Source of the DNA: Candidatus Latescibacterota bacterium
Lineage (GTDB): Bacteria; Latescibacterota; UBA2968; UBA8231
NCBI GenBank assembly: GCA_965200315.1
Contig: OZ241362.1
Location: 2,656,001 to 2,720,000 of the forward strand
Reading direction: 5' to 3'
DNA: 64,000 nt
A program made the position numbers and the translations under genes. Each line of letters begins with the position of its first letter. The first letter of the stretch is position 1. Shown one piece after another: positions 19,080 to 29,795 of this stretch. The notes below the pieces were generated by a model. That model was not told the origin of the DNA, searched no databases, and saw only the letters and a program-made list of their open reading frames with translations.

Positions 19080-19760
19080 ATGGACGCTATGGACCGCCCC
19101 ATAGATCCCACCTTCCTGCGGCGTCAGCACAGCAAACGCATCGCCTATTCAGTGGCGGGATTGGCTGCGCTCCTCTGGCTCTCTGTTTGGTTGCCCAGTG
19201 GGATCAGGCCGGCGCTGGATTCCGACCGCATTCGCACCGCGCAGGTGCAATGGGGCGCGGTGGAAGCGACGATTACGGCTTCGGGCACGGTGGTACCCCA
19301 GTTCGAGCAGATCATCTTCAGCCCCGTCCATACGCGGCTCGTGCGCATTCTGCAAAAGCCGGGAGCCATGTTGCAGCAGGGACAGCCCATCGTCGAACTG
19401 GATTTGAACGCCGCGCAGCTCGATGTGGAGAAGCTGGCCGAAGAACTGGCCCTCAAACAGAATCGCCGACTCCAGCTCGAATTGGACAAACGCAAAAAGC
19501 TGAGCGATCTGCACACGCGCTGGCGGTTAAAAAACTTGGAATTTCAGCGTTTTAAGACCCGCAAGAACAGTGCGCTGAGATTGAATTGCAGCAACTCGAA
19601 GACGATCGCCGCAACCTCGTCGAATCCACCGAGGCCCAGTTGGAGGCTCTGCAATTGGAGATGAATATCCTCGAGCGCGAGGGCGAGGAGGCCCGTCGCC
19701 GCTTGGAGCGCGCCCACGTCCGGGCCGACAGAGACGGCGTACTCACCGCGTTGACAGGAA
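19080..19760 (+). pseudogene. Efflux periplasmic adaptor (HlyD/MacA-like), frameshifted and truncated
   Basis: MDRPID, a TM helix, VEATITASGTVVP and QKPGA..G.PIVELD; frame break near 19560; the second frame reaches VRADRDGVLT and then degenerates. Confidence 0.8.
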
Positions 19761-19811
19761 CTCAGCCGGGCGACCACGACCTCGGCCATTCCCCTGCCCC
19801 TGATTGAGCAC

Positions 19812-20589
19812 ATGGATTTTGCCTACCAACAGCAGTTCCGCGGCTTTGACGGAGGGGTGTGGTTGCCAGTTGATTATCGAGCTTCGATGGAGATAAAAAT
19901 CAGCATGGTGGGGCTGCACTTCCCCGCGATTAAATACGATGGGGTGACGCGGCTGAGTTATTACCAAGTCAATGTCGATATGCCCGACTCGCTCTACGCC
20001 AGCAAGAACGTTCTGCGGGTCGATTCGCTGGCCGTGGCCCAAGACAGTTCCTTTGCCCGGCTGGCCGACAAGGTGCCTCTATCGGCGCGGGAACAGGCCG
20101 CTTATGCGACTATCGACAGCACTGTACAGTTAGAAAAGGCCTTCCAGCCGACGGGGTTTCTCGCCCGTCTATTGGTAGGGGAGGAAGCGGAGCAGCCAGA
20201 GGAAGCGACAGAGGAGCGAACGGAGTCGTCGAGCTGGTTGGGACCGATCGGACTGAAGCCCGCTTGGCGCTACGACCGGGTGGGGTGCATCTGGGGCTGG
20301 GAGGGAACCGGGGGTTGTTCGGCGGCCTAGAGGCTGGTGCCGCCGCTGGATACAACGTTGGTCTGAAACGCTGGTCTTACCGGGGCCGGGTCGGCTGGCA
20401 GCAGATCGGCGAGCCAAACTGGGGTACGGTCCGCGCTACGAGGAGAGTTTTCACTATGAGGTGGGGGTCTCGCTCATGCTGTATCACCTGCTGCGCCTCG
20501 ACTTCACCCGGCGCTTGGATCGGCCCGGCTGGAGCATGGGTTTAAGCTTGGTGCGTTTTGATTTTGGGGGCACTGCTACTGTAAGGTAA
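19812..20589 (+). pseudogene. Fragments of a large outer-membrane protein (DUF5686-like)
   Basis: WLPVDYR, SYYQVN, VPLSAREQAAY..IDS and RYDRVG, then out-of-frame pieces (FHYEVGVS, LLRLDFTRRLD); no N-terminus. Confidence 0.5.
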
Positions 20590-20776
20590 TGTAAGGAGGG
20601 CGTAATTTTGAAATTGCTGGCTTTGTCGAAAAGAGCGATACGCCATTGACGGAGATGGATTATCGGGCCATACAGGGAAAGGGGCACGATTATATCCAAG
20701 GCTTTCGAGAAGACTATCGAGAGTATATGCGCGAGAGGAGAAAAGCTGGTGTCGAGGAGGGCCGGCTTGGGGGAAT

Positions 20777-21723
20777 TTGTATTTCATGGACAAGAGCCTG
20801 ACGGCCTCGCCGTCGGACATCACAACTCTCGACTTCGACGACAAAGTAGCACTAGTCAATCCGAGTGCCAGCCGTTTGTTGAGGCTAGCCGAACGCTCGG
20901 TAGTAGGCCAGTCATTGGACGAGTCGGCGAGTCGCAGGTGTTGCCGGTGCAAGGGCAGCGGGTGCGCTGTCACAAGGCGCAGTTTTTGGACCAGGGATTT
21001 CTGCGCAGCTTTATCCTGATGGAGGAATTGACCGAGGAGCTGCGCTTGTCGGAGAAGGCGGCCTACGAGAAAGTCATCCGCCTGCTAGCACACGAGGTGA
21101 ACAATTCAACGGGAGCGGTCAGTTCCCTGCTGCACTCGTGTCTCAATTACAAGGGGCAATTGCGGGAAGCCGATCGCGGCGATTTTGAAAACGCCCTGCA
21201 AGTGGCTATTGACCGCATTGATCATCTCTGCGCCTTCATGCACAGCTTTGCCGAGGTGGTCAAACTGTCGGCACCGCACTTGCAGCCTGTAGATTTGGAA
21301 GCCCTGTTGCGCGACATCGCCTTGCTGATGCGCACCGAGTGCGAGCGCCGCAACATCGAGTGGGACTGGGATATTCAGGCGGACCTGAAACGCATCACCA
21401 TGGACGAAAACCAAATGGAACAGGCGTTTGTCAATATCCTCAAAAATGCGGTAGAGGCCATTGGCGCAGACGGCAGGATAAACATTCGCCTCGGCAAACT
21501 CCAAGACCGGCCCTTTGCCGTGGTCGAGGATACGGGTGCAGGAATCAACCCGGAAGTGACCGAGAGTCTATTTACGCCGTTTTTTAGCACCAAGGAAAAC
21601 CGGCGCGGCCTCGGCCTGACGTTGGTCCAAGAGATTTTGAGTCGGCACGGTTTTGCCTTTTCCCTCGAAAGCCCTCCCGCCGAGCCGCCCCGTTTTACCA
21701 TCCGCTTTTGCAACGCATCGTAG
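20777..21723 (+). pseudogene. PAS sensor histidine kinase, N-terminus lost and frameshifted
   Basis: H box LAHEVNNS, N box NILKNAVEA, EDTGAG, FTPFFSTK and GLGL. The PAS piece (DKSLTASPSDITTLDFD..VNPSA) is in a different frame. Confidence 0.8.
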
Positions 21724-21745
21724 AGAAAAGACGGCAGAGAAGGAT

Positions 21746-23038
21746 GTGATAGTGCGGTCGCCGGCCGGGACTTTTGGGTTCCTTCGTGGCAACATCCTCG
21801 TGCTTACCGCGTCGGGGAGCCTCGGCATGTTTTCTCGGGCCATGGTGTTTCCGTATGTTCCCCTCTACGTTTTGGCCCTTGGTGGCGAGCCAGAGCAAAT
21901 AGGGATCGTCTATGCCTTGGGGCCGCTCGGCGGACTGCTCGCGTTTCCGATCGCCGGCTATCTCGCCGACCACATGAACCGGGCTTGGCTGATCGCGGCG
22001 GCTGGCTATTTCTCTGCGGTCGCCGTGCTGGTAAACGCCGTGGCCCCGAGTTGGGAGTGGGTGGGCGCGGCGATGTTGCTGCGGGGGTTTGCCGTGTTCC
22101 ACTTCCCGGCCTCATCGGCGCTTGTCGCCGACTCTTTGCCTGCGGGGAACCGGGGCCGCGGAATGGCGACGATGACCGCCCTGACCGGGGGGTTGGCGTT
22201 GTTTGCGCCGTTTGTGGCTGGCGTGGCGATTGACGCTTGGGGTGTCGAGGAGGGGATGCGGCTCCTTTATTGGGTGATGGGCGCGGCCTACGCCGCGGGT
22301 GCGACGATCAACTTGATCTTCATCCGCGAGACCCGAAAGCCGCCAGCAGAAGCGGTCAGCGCCGCCAACCTCGGACAGACGTTGCGCCGTTCCTATACCG
22401 GCATCCCGGCACTGCTGAGCGGGTTCCCGCGCTCGCTACGGGCCGTGTCGGTGGTAATCATCCTGTGTTTTATCGCCAACGGATTGGCCAGCCCGTTCTG
22501 GGTGGTGTACGCCAAGACCCACATCGGGCTGACGGCTTCGCAGTGGGGGCTAATTTTGTTGGTGGAGTTCGGCCTGCGGAATCTGGCGACGATTCCAGCA
22601 GGGTTTCTCACAGACCGCTTTGGACGCACGCGGTTTATCATCGCCGCGTTGCTGGTCTCCGCGGCGACGCCGCTGTATCTGCTCGCTGACTCCTTTGGAT
22701 TCGTCCTAGCGATTCGGTGCGCCATCGGCGTGGCCGCCGCCTTTTTCAGCCCCGCGATGGGTGCCCTACTGGCCGACATCGTGCCCAGCGCCATTCGCGG
22801 TCGCGTGATGGCCGCTATCGGCCGCGGCTCCGTATCGATCGGCAGTTCCTCCGGCGGGACGGGCGGCCCTGGGACTGGATTCTTGACTACTCTGCCGCTG
22901 ATGGTCGCCGCTCTTTTTGGCGGAGTTCTCTATGCTTGGATCCCGGCGATCCCATTTCTTTGTGTATTTGGCCTGACCGTCGTCGCCTTGGGCGTGTCGG
23001 TTGCGTTCGTGCGGGATCCAAAGATGGCGGAGGAATAG
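21746..23038 (+). CDS. MFS transporter
   Basis: About 12 TM helices; AGYLADHMNR and AGFLTDRFGR motif A copies. Confidence 0.9.
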   Translation: MIVRSPAGTFGFLRGNILVLTASGSLGMFSRAMVFPYVPLYVLALGGEPEQIGIVYALGPLGGLLAFPIAGYLADHMNRAWLIAAAGYFSAVAVLVNAVAPSWEWVGAAMLLRGFAVFHFPASSALVADSLPAGNRGRGMATMTALTGGLALFAPFVAGVAIDAWGVEEGMRLLYWVMGAAYAAGATINLIFIRETRKPPAEAVSAANLGQTLRRSYTGIPALLSGFPRSLRAVSVVIILCFIANGLASPFWVVYAKTHIGLTASQWGLILLVEFGLRNLATIPAGFLTDRFGRTRFIIAALLVSAATPLYLLADSFGFVLAIRCAIGVAAAFFSPAMGALLADIVPSAIRGRVMAAIGRGSVSIGSSSGGTGGPGTGFLTTLPLMVAALFGGVLYAWIPAIPFLCVFGLTVVALGVSVAFVRDPKMAEE

Positions 23039-23214
23039 CTGCTCTTGCAGTGAACGGATTTGCTCACTAAGAAAACGAACTCCTAATTAACTTTAAGCCA
23101 AATAGCGTTACCCTGTTTTTCTATGACTTGGATTCTTACTCACCGTGTGTGTACCCAGCAGGCGGGCTACGTGTTAAGCAACTCCCTGAATTTTAATAAA
23201 AAGGGAGCGTTGCT

Positions 23215-23955
23215 ATGAGACTTTGGAATGTGTGCCTTGCAATATTGCGGCAGAGCGTCGATGCGTTGCGCGATTTGGCTCCCATCATCATCGTCATCGC
23301 GTTCTTCCAACTCGTGGTGTTGCAGCAGCCCTTTCCGAACTTAGGGCGCGTTGTCGTTGGCTTGGTCTGCGTGATCGCCGGTCTGACGCTCTTCATCCAA
23401 GGACTCGAAAGCGGTCTCTTTCCCCTCGGCGAGGCCATTGCGCAGGCCTTTGCACGCAAGGGGAGCGCGACTGCGCTGCTGGCCTTTGCCTTTTGCTTGG
23501 GTTTTGGCACCACGGTCGCGGAACCGGCCCTGATCGCCGTTGCTGCGGAGGCGGCCGAGGTTGCAGCGGAAGCCGGTGCCATTGCCGACGACGATGAGGT
23601 GCGCGCTGCGTACGCCTTTGAGTTGCGCATGGTGGTGGCGGTCTCGGTCGGCACGGCGATCGTGCTCGGGGTGCTGCGCATCCTCAAGGGCTGGCCGATC
23701 CACCGGCTGATCATCGGGGGCTACGTGCTGGTGACCGCAATGACTGCGTTTGCACCCGCAGAGATCATTGGTGTGGCCTACGATTCCGGCGGCGTCACCA
23801 CCAGCACGATCACAGTGCCGCTCGTCACCGCGTTGGGCGTTGGGCTCGCCACGTCAATCCGGGGGCGCAACCCAATGGTCGACGGCTTTGGGCTCATCGC
23901 GTTTGCTAGCCTGACGCCCATGATCTTTGTACTGGCCTATGGCATGGTGAACTGA
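23215..23955 (+). CDS. DUF1538 membrane protein, paralog 1
   Basis: [32 protein letters not shown] and [10 protein letters not shown]. Confidence 0.88.
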   Translation: MRLWNVCLAILRQSVDALRDLAPIIIVIAFFQLVVLQQPFPNLGRVVVGLVCVIAGLTLFIQGLESGLFPLGEAIAQAFARKGSATALLAFAFCLGFGTTVAEPALIAVAAEAAEVAAEAGAIADDDEVRAAYAFELRMVVAVSVGTAIVLGVLRILKGWPIHRLIIGGYVLVTAMTAFAPAEIIGVAYDSGGVTTSTITVPLVTALGVGLATSIRGRNPMVDGFGLIAFASLTPMIFVLAYGMVN

Positions 23956-23956
23956 G

Positions 23957-24769
23957 ATGGAATTTCTGCACACTATAGCCGCCACCGGGTTTTCCACCGC
24001 GCTCGATGTGATGCCTATTGTCGGCATCCTCGTTCTGTTCCAAGTTGCAGTGCTGCGCCGCAGCCTGCCGAACCTGCGCCGGATCGCGGCCGGGTTTGTC
24101 CTCGTCCTGTTGGGACTCACGCTCTTCCTCATTGGCTTGGAGGAGGCGCTCTTCCCCATCGGCGAGACCATGGCGCGCCAACTCACCGCGCCCCAGACCA
24201 TTGGGCAGGCGAATCTGGCCGACGGCGTCGACTGGTACGACTACCTGCTAGTCTACGCGTTTGCCGCGGCGATCGGCTTTGCGACGACGGTAGCTGAGCC
24301 CTCGCTCATTGCGGTCGCCCTCAAGGCCGAGGAGATCTCGGGCAACGCGATCGACGCTTGGGGCCTCAGAATCGCCGTGGCGCTCGGGGTGTCCGCGGGG
24401 GTGGCGCTGGGCTGCTTTCGCATTGTCACGGGTACGCCCCTGCCCTGGTACATCATTGCCGCATATTTAGTGGTGATCGCCCAGACCTTCCGGTCGAGCC
24501 GGACCATTGTGCCGCTCGCCTACGACAGCGGCGGCGTCACCACATCGACCGTCACCGTGCCAGTGGTCGCCGCGCTGGGCTTGGGGCTTGCTGCCACTGT
24601 TCCCGGGCGCAGCCCGCTAATCGACGGATTTGGCCTCATCGCGTTCGCCAGCGTCTTTCCCATCATGTCCGTTCTGGGCTATGCTATGGTGGTATCTTGG
24701 GTGGGTCGCCGGCGGAACGCCAACCATGCGGCCCCAGTACTGAGGCCGGACAGCTCCGAGGAGACTTGA
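23957..24769 (+). CDS. DUF1538 membrane protein, paralog 2
   Basis: [32 protein letters not shown] and [10 protein letters not shown]. Confidence 0.88.
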   Translation: MEFLHTIAATGFSTALDVMPIVGILVLFQVAVLRRSLPNLRRIAAGFVLVLLGLTLFLIGLEEALFPIGETMARQLTAPQTIGQANLADGVDWYDYLLVYAFAAAIGFATTVAEPSLIAVALKAEEISGNAIDAWGLRIAVALGVSAGVALGCFRIVTGTPLPWYIIAAYLVVIAQTFRSSRTIVPLAYDSGGVTTSTVTVPVVAALGLGLAATVPGRSPLIDGFGLIAFASVFPIMSVLGYAMVVSWVGRRRNANHAAPVLRPDSSEET

Positions 24770-24772
24770 GCT

Positions 24773-25123
24773 ATGAAACTGAAGCTGATCGTCGCCTTGG
24801 TTAGCGACGACAAGACCGATACTGTAGTCGATGCTGCGCGCACTGGCGGGGCGACCGGCGCGACGATTATTACTGGTGTGCACGGCGAAGGGCTAAAGCC
24901 GCAGAAGACCTTTCTCGGCCTCGATCTGGCGGCCCGACGAGATGTCGTCCTGTTCTTGGTGGTCGAGACGCGGGCACGCGACATTTTGGAGCGCATCCGC
25001 GATGCCGGGCACTTTGAGGAAGAGCCCGGCGCTGGCATTGCCTTTCAGATCCCGATTGAGGACGCCGTCGGTCTCACCACCCAACTTCCCACCATCCTAG
25101 AAGAAGTGGACGACGAAATATGA
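24773..25123 (+). CDS. Non-canonical P-II family protein
   Basis: 116 aa; MKLKLIVA, GATGATII..GEG, PGAGIAF.IPIEDAVG; contains no tyrosine. Confidence 0.85.
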   Translation: MKLKLIVALVSDDKTDTVVDAARTGGATGATIITGVHGEGLKPQKTFLGLDLAARRDVVLFLVVETRARDILERIRDAGHFEEEPGAGIAFQIPIEDAVGLTTQLPTILEEVDDEI

Positions 25124-25521
25124 GCGAGAAACGCACCATCCGGGTCGGAGACGTCATGGGCTCCAAACTCTACACTATCGACAGGCTTGCGACCGTGGCC
25201 GAGGCCATGGCACTCATGAAGCAGTACGCGGTCAGTTCGCTCGCCGTCGACCGGCGCGACGACGACGACGAGTTCGGCTTGCTCGTGGTCGCGGACATCG
25301 CACGCGAGGTGATCGCCCAAAATCGCGCACCCGAGCGCGTCAATGTGTACGAAATCATGTCAAAACCGGTGTTGACCTTGCCGTCGGCCATGCTCGCCCG
25401 CTACGCGGTGCGCTTGCTCGTGCGCTTTGAACTCTCCCGCGCCGTGGTCGTCGACTACGAGCGCCACCCACTCGGCATGGTGACTTTGCGCGATCTCGTC
25501 CTGAGCTACGTGGCGGAGTGA
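25120..25521 (+). CDS. CBS-domain pair protein
   Basis: VGDVM, TVAEAMALM, VYEIMSKPV and GMVTLRDL; ATGA overlap with the PII gene. Confidence 0.88.
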   Translation: MSEKRTIRVGDVMGSKLYTIDRLATVAEAMALMKQYAVSSLAVDRRDDDDEFGLLVVADIAREVIAQNRAPERVNVYEIMSKPVLTLPSAMLARYAVRLLVRFELSRAVVVDYERHPLGMVTLRDLVLSYVAE

Positions 25522-25875
25522 TGGGGCCGTCGGCCGCCATCCGCCCCACGAGCGCTGTCCGGCGCGGCCGGTAGCACTTTCAGTTCGATTTTCGAGTTCA
25601 CCACTGCAATAAGCTCCCCCGTCGAACAGGTCGGCCTAAACCGTTCGATATCCGCGTCGATTATCCCAAAGCCCAGTCGGGAATTGATGATAGCGCACAA
25701 AACCCACAATTCTAAGATGGGTTTCGCGTTTAATTATCAATAATCAGTCTGACGGACTGTTGTTGTCTGTCGAGAATTGCGATTCGCCGTCACAATCAGC
25801 CGATTGTGGTGTCCTATTGATGGGTACCCAAATGATCTACGACTACGACGAACTGGCCGCTCTGACCAAAGCGGC

Positions 25876-26436
25876 TCAAGATGGGGATGTGCGCGCCGGT
25901 ACGGTCAGCAAAACCCGCTTGCTCAGGTCTTTTCCGTAAGGTTTGGGCACGATCTGCATCGGCGCTTGGTTTTCGTCCACAGCTTCGGGGAAGTACCAAG
26001 TGCTGATCTGCCCGTAGCGCCGGTCGGATGTGGGTGGCAGGAGCGAATTGTTGCCATTGTCGATGTGCAGGCCCGGCTGCTCGGCTCCGGGGTCGGGGTA
26101 GCGCGCCCAGTTGTGGGCGTAGCGGAAGAAGATGTCCTCGGTGTCGAGCACCCGCTGGACGAATTCGATGAGGTCCCAGTCGAGGATGAATTCATTGAAG
26201 AGCATATCGGCGTAGGGAAAGTCGTCCCTTAAGAGCCGCTTTGCGGGTGGATCGGCGGCGATCACCTCCCAAGGGGGGAGCGTCTGGCGGATGCCCTCGG
26301 CGATCTGGGCCCGGCGTTCCTCTGGATAGAAATTTTTTACGACTACGAAGCCCTGTTCTACAAAAGTATAGAAATTTTTTACGACTACGAAGCCCTGTTC
26401 TACAAAAGTCTGGAAATGATCGTCTGTTAGTTTCAT
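25876..26436 (-). pseudogene. PhyH-family dioxygenase, C-terminally truncated, with a 42-bp duplication
   Basis: FVEQGFVVVKNF and LHID present; ends after LTVPA, before the distal His ligand. Confidence 0.8.
26326..26409. repeat. 42-bp perfect tandem duplication (TFVEQGFVVVKNFY x2)
   Basis: atagaaattttttacgactacgaagccctgttctacaaaagt occurs twice. Confidence 0.95.
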
Positions 26437-26564
26437 GCTCGCTCCTCCGCTGCGTTTTCATTTGCGCTTAGATTATATGGTCAAAGCTACTCAGTGCCTA
26501 TTGCAGGCCCCTGTCCGTATTACCAATATACATTGACGTTTGCCCTCTAACCGCGAGGCATGCC

Positions 26565-27412
26565 ATGAGCGCTACCTATAATTACGAAGTCGTCGAACGC
26601 TGGGGTCTAGGCCCCCAAGGCCGTCCCATGGGCGGTGTCGTGCCCGGAGTGGCTGCCGACAGCGAGGGTCGAGTCTTTGTGGGCCGCCGGCACCCACCCG
26701 CCCTGTTGGTTTACGACCGCGATGGGGTCTATATCGACACGTGGGGTGCCGATCTGCTAGGGAACCCCATCTCCTGTGGGTTGACGACGAGGACCAAGTG
26801 TACGCGGCCGACACCGACGACCACACCATCCGCTGCTTCAATCCGCAGGGGGAAGTCGTCCACACGTGGGGTACGCCGGGCGTGCCGGGTGCGCCCGATC
26901 AGCCCTTTAACCAGCCCACCAAAGCCATGCGCGGCCCGTCCGGGGATTTGTACGTGGCCGACGGGTACGGCCAACACCGCATCCACCGGATTGCGGACTC
27001 GGGAGAATTGGTCCATTCGTGGGGGTCTGCGGGTACGGGTCCTAGTCAATTCGCCTTGCCCCACAGTTTGTGGGTTGACCGCGACGAGCGCGTCTGGGCC
27101 GTTGACCGCGAAAACAATCGCATCCAGCGCTTTGACTCCGAGGGCCGCTACTTGGACGAGTGGACCGACTTGGTGATGCCCATGGACCTCTTCATCACCC
27201 CGGACAACACAGTGTACATAGTCGAGGCTCCGTCGCGCGTCAGCATCTTCGACATAGAGGGGCAGTTGCTGGCCCGCTGGGGCGAGGACGGCTCGGCTTT
27301 AGGGCAATTCGCCGACTCTCCGCACAGCGTTTGGGTAGATGAGGAAGGCTCGCTGTACATCGGCGAAGTAGCCACCCTGCACGATAGGGTGCAGAAGTTC
27401 CGCCGCGTTTAG
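26565..27412 (+). pseudogene. NHL-repeat beta-propeller protein (PAL-like), single frameshift
   Basis: The N-part (VPGVAADSEGRVFV) and the C-part (FNQPT..LYVADGYG..FALPH..DRENNRIQ) are in different frames. The break lies in the C-run at ~26765 (aaccccat), so it may be a sequencing error. Confidence 0.8.
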
Positions 27413-27493
27413 AGGCCGCGCTTGAGGCTGGACAAAACCATAACTTTCATCAGCAATCCGCCACAATCCGTTAATTTCAATCGGGAAGATGAT

Positions 27494-28435
27494 ATGGAAA
27501 TTGTGAGGTATCCAGATAGCCGCATTGAGGTGCTTGACGAGCGCTTCGCCCAGTACAAGCTGGCCAATGCCGCCCTCGAAATGCTCTGGACTGGTGGGCG
27601 CTGGCTCGAAGGGCCCGTGTGGTTTGGCGACGGCCGCTATCTACTGTTCAGCGATATACCCAACAACCGCATTCTCAAGTGGGAAGAAGAGACCGGGAAT
27701 GTCTCGGGCTTCCGCAAGCCATCGAACAACACCAACGGCAACACGCGCGATCTCCAAGGGCGATTGCTGTCGTGCGAACACGACGCGCGCCGAGTCACGC
27801 GGACGGAATACGATGGTTCAATCACTGTGTTGATGGATCAGTTCGAGGACAAGCCGTTGAACGCCCCCAACGACATCGTGGTGAAATCGGATGGATCGAT
27901 CTGGTTTACGGACCCTGGGTACGGCATTCTAATGGACTACGAGGGGCATCGGGACGACTTTGAGAATGCTGCTAACGTGTACCGTCTCGACCCGGACTCG
28001 GGAGAAGCAACGGTGGTGACCGGAGATTTCCAGCGGCCCAACGGCCTCTGCTTTAGCCCGGATGAGTCGCTGCTCTACATAGTCGATACCGGGCGCTCCG
28101 ACGGCCCCGAATACCCCACCCACATCCGCGTTTTCGACGTCCACGGCGACCGCATTACAAATGGGCGCGTATTCGCGGACATGGTGCCTGGCTCGTCGGA
28201 CGGAGTTCGCACCGATGTGGATGGCAACCTGTGGTCGGGGGCCTGCTGGGGGGGCGAGCGCTACGATGGCGTACATTGTTTTGCTCCCGACGGCACATTG
28301 ATCGGCCAGATCCACCTGCCAGCGCCCTGCGCCAACCTCTGCTTCGGCGGCGCGAAAAAGAACCGACTGTTCATAACCTGTTCGCAGTCGCTGTTCTCGG
28401 TGTACGTCGAGACGAACGGGGCTCAGAAACCTTAG
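27494..28435 (+). CDS. SMP-30/gluconolactonase/LRE family protein
   Basis: WLEGPVWF, FSDIPNNRI, NGNTRD, LNAPND, FTDPGYG and PNGLCFSPDE. Confidence 0.93.
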   Translation: MEIVRYPDSRIEVLDERFAQYKLANAALEMLWTGGRWLEGPVWFGDGRYLLFSDIPNNRILKWEEETGNVSGFRKPSNNTNGNTRDLQGRLLSCEHDARRVTRTEYDGSITVLMDQFEDKPLNAPNDIVVKSDGSIWFTDPGYGILMDYEGHRDDFENAANVYRLDPDSGEATVVTGDFQRPNGLCFSPDESLLYIVDTGRSDGPEYPTHIRVFDVHGDRITNGRVFADMVPGSSDGVRTDVDGNLWSGACWGGERYDGVHCFAPDGTLIGQIHLPAPCANLCFGGAKKNRLFITCSQSLFSVYVETNGAQKP

Positions 28436-28522
28436 GGGCTTACACCCGAACTCGCCGGTAGCGAAGTTGACCAAAGTTCAAACGCCCGTTTATACTTTTG
28501 TCCTTCCTAGATGGAGGATGAA

Positions 28523-29511
28523 ATGCACGGAGTCGGAATCATCGGTGCTGGCAGCGTATCCACGGGGCATCTGCGAGCGGTGATGGCCCTTGAATCTACG
28601 CACTTGCAGGCGGTCGCCGATACGGACGCGGAACGCCTAGCTCGCGTCTGCGCGGAGCACGGCTGCGAGGGCTACTCCTCCTATGAGGACCTGCTCGCGG
28701 ACGAGCAGGTTGACCTCGTCATCGTCTGCCTGCCTCACGGCCTGCACTGCGAGGTAACTGTAGCCGCGTTGGAGGCTGGCAAACACGTGCTGGTAGAAAA
28801 ACCCATGGCTGTCGACGTGGAGCAGTGCGACGCCATGATCGCGGCCGCGCAGCGGACTGGCAACCAACTCTCCGTCGGCCACATGCACCGCTTCTCGCCG
28901 GCGAACCGAGCCGTAAAGAAGCTGCTGAGCGAGCAGGCCGTGGGCGATCTGGTTTGTCTCTGCGACGAGGCCTACCGCCCCTTCAACCCGAACAGACCAG
29001 CTTGGTACCTCGACAAGGCAACGCACGGGGGCTTGTGGTATCAGAACGGCATCCACCTGATCGATCGCTCCTGCTGGTGGACGGGCCGTCGCGTCGTCGC
29101 CGTCAAGGCCCTGATCGACAGCCGGTTCTTCAAATTCTCAGCAGACGACGTGGCCATGGCGCTTTTGCAGTTTGAAAACGGCGTGTACTCGACGCTGATT
29201 CACGTGTGGTGGAGGACGGGGGGACTCGCTTCAGCACAGAGTTCGTCTGCACGGACGGCATGCTCCAACTGAGCAAGGGAATCCAATCGGGTAGGAACGA
29301 TCTCTTCATCGGCCGGGATGGAGGCTGGGAACAGGTCGAGGTGCCCGAGGACCACGACACCACGGCGCGGCAATTGGGTGCGTTCGTCGCGGCGATTGAC
29401 GCGGGAACCGAGCCACCGGTGACGGCTGAATACGCCCGCCATCTGGTGGCGGTGCTGACGGCGTGTATGGAATCCTCCCGCCTCGGCAGAGAAGTGGTGC
29501 TTGAAGCATGA
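28523..29511 (+). pseudogene. Gfo/Idh/MocA oxidoreductase, single frameshift
   Basis: VGIIGAG and GKHVLVEKPMA; the frame changes in the G-run at ~29218-29223 and continues TRFSTEF..ACMESSRLGREVVL. Confidence 0.8.
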
Positions 29512-29742
29512 ACGATACTGATCTGTGCTATCTCTCCGGCGTCGAACTGCGCCGCCTGTACGAACGCCGCGAGCTGTCCCCGGTGGAAGTCACTGAGGTT
29601 GTGCTGCGCCGAATCGAATCGCTCGACTCACGGCTCAATGCCTTCGTCACAGTCACACCGGAGCGGGCCTTGGCCGAAGCGCACTCCGCCGAAGCTGCCT
29701 TTGCCGGTGCTGAGGCTCCGCCTCCCCTAGCCGGCATCCCCG
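29508..29742 (+). pseudogene. Amidase (GatA-like) N-terminal fragment
   Basis: ELSPVEV..LRRIE..LNAFVT..AL.EA..PLAGIP, then homology stops before the catalytic Lys. Confidence 0.85.
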
Positions 29743-29795
29743 CTGTTGGTTTTTGCCTGTTTGGGTGTGGAGTTGACGTTGAAGAATGTTGCTAG

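Noticed and set aside
20590-20776. Coding-like stretch (NFEIAGFVEKSDTPLTEMDYRAIQGKGHDYIQGFREDY...)
   Set aside because: No start codon and no recognisable family; probably another deletion scrap, so it is not annotated.
25506-25709. 67-aa minus-strand ORF faintly resembling an acyl carrier protein C-terminus
   Set aside because: No DSL phosphopantetheine motif and no credible start; the similarity is too weak.
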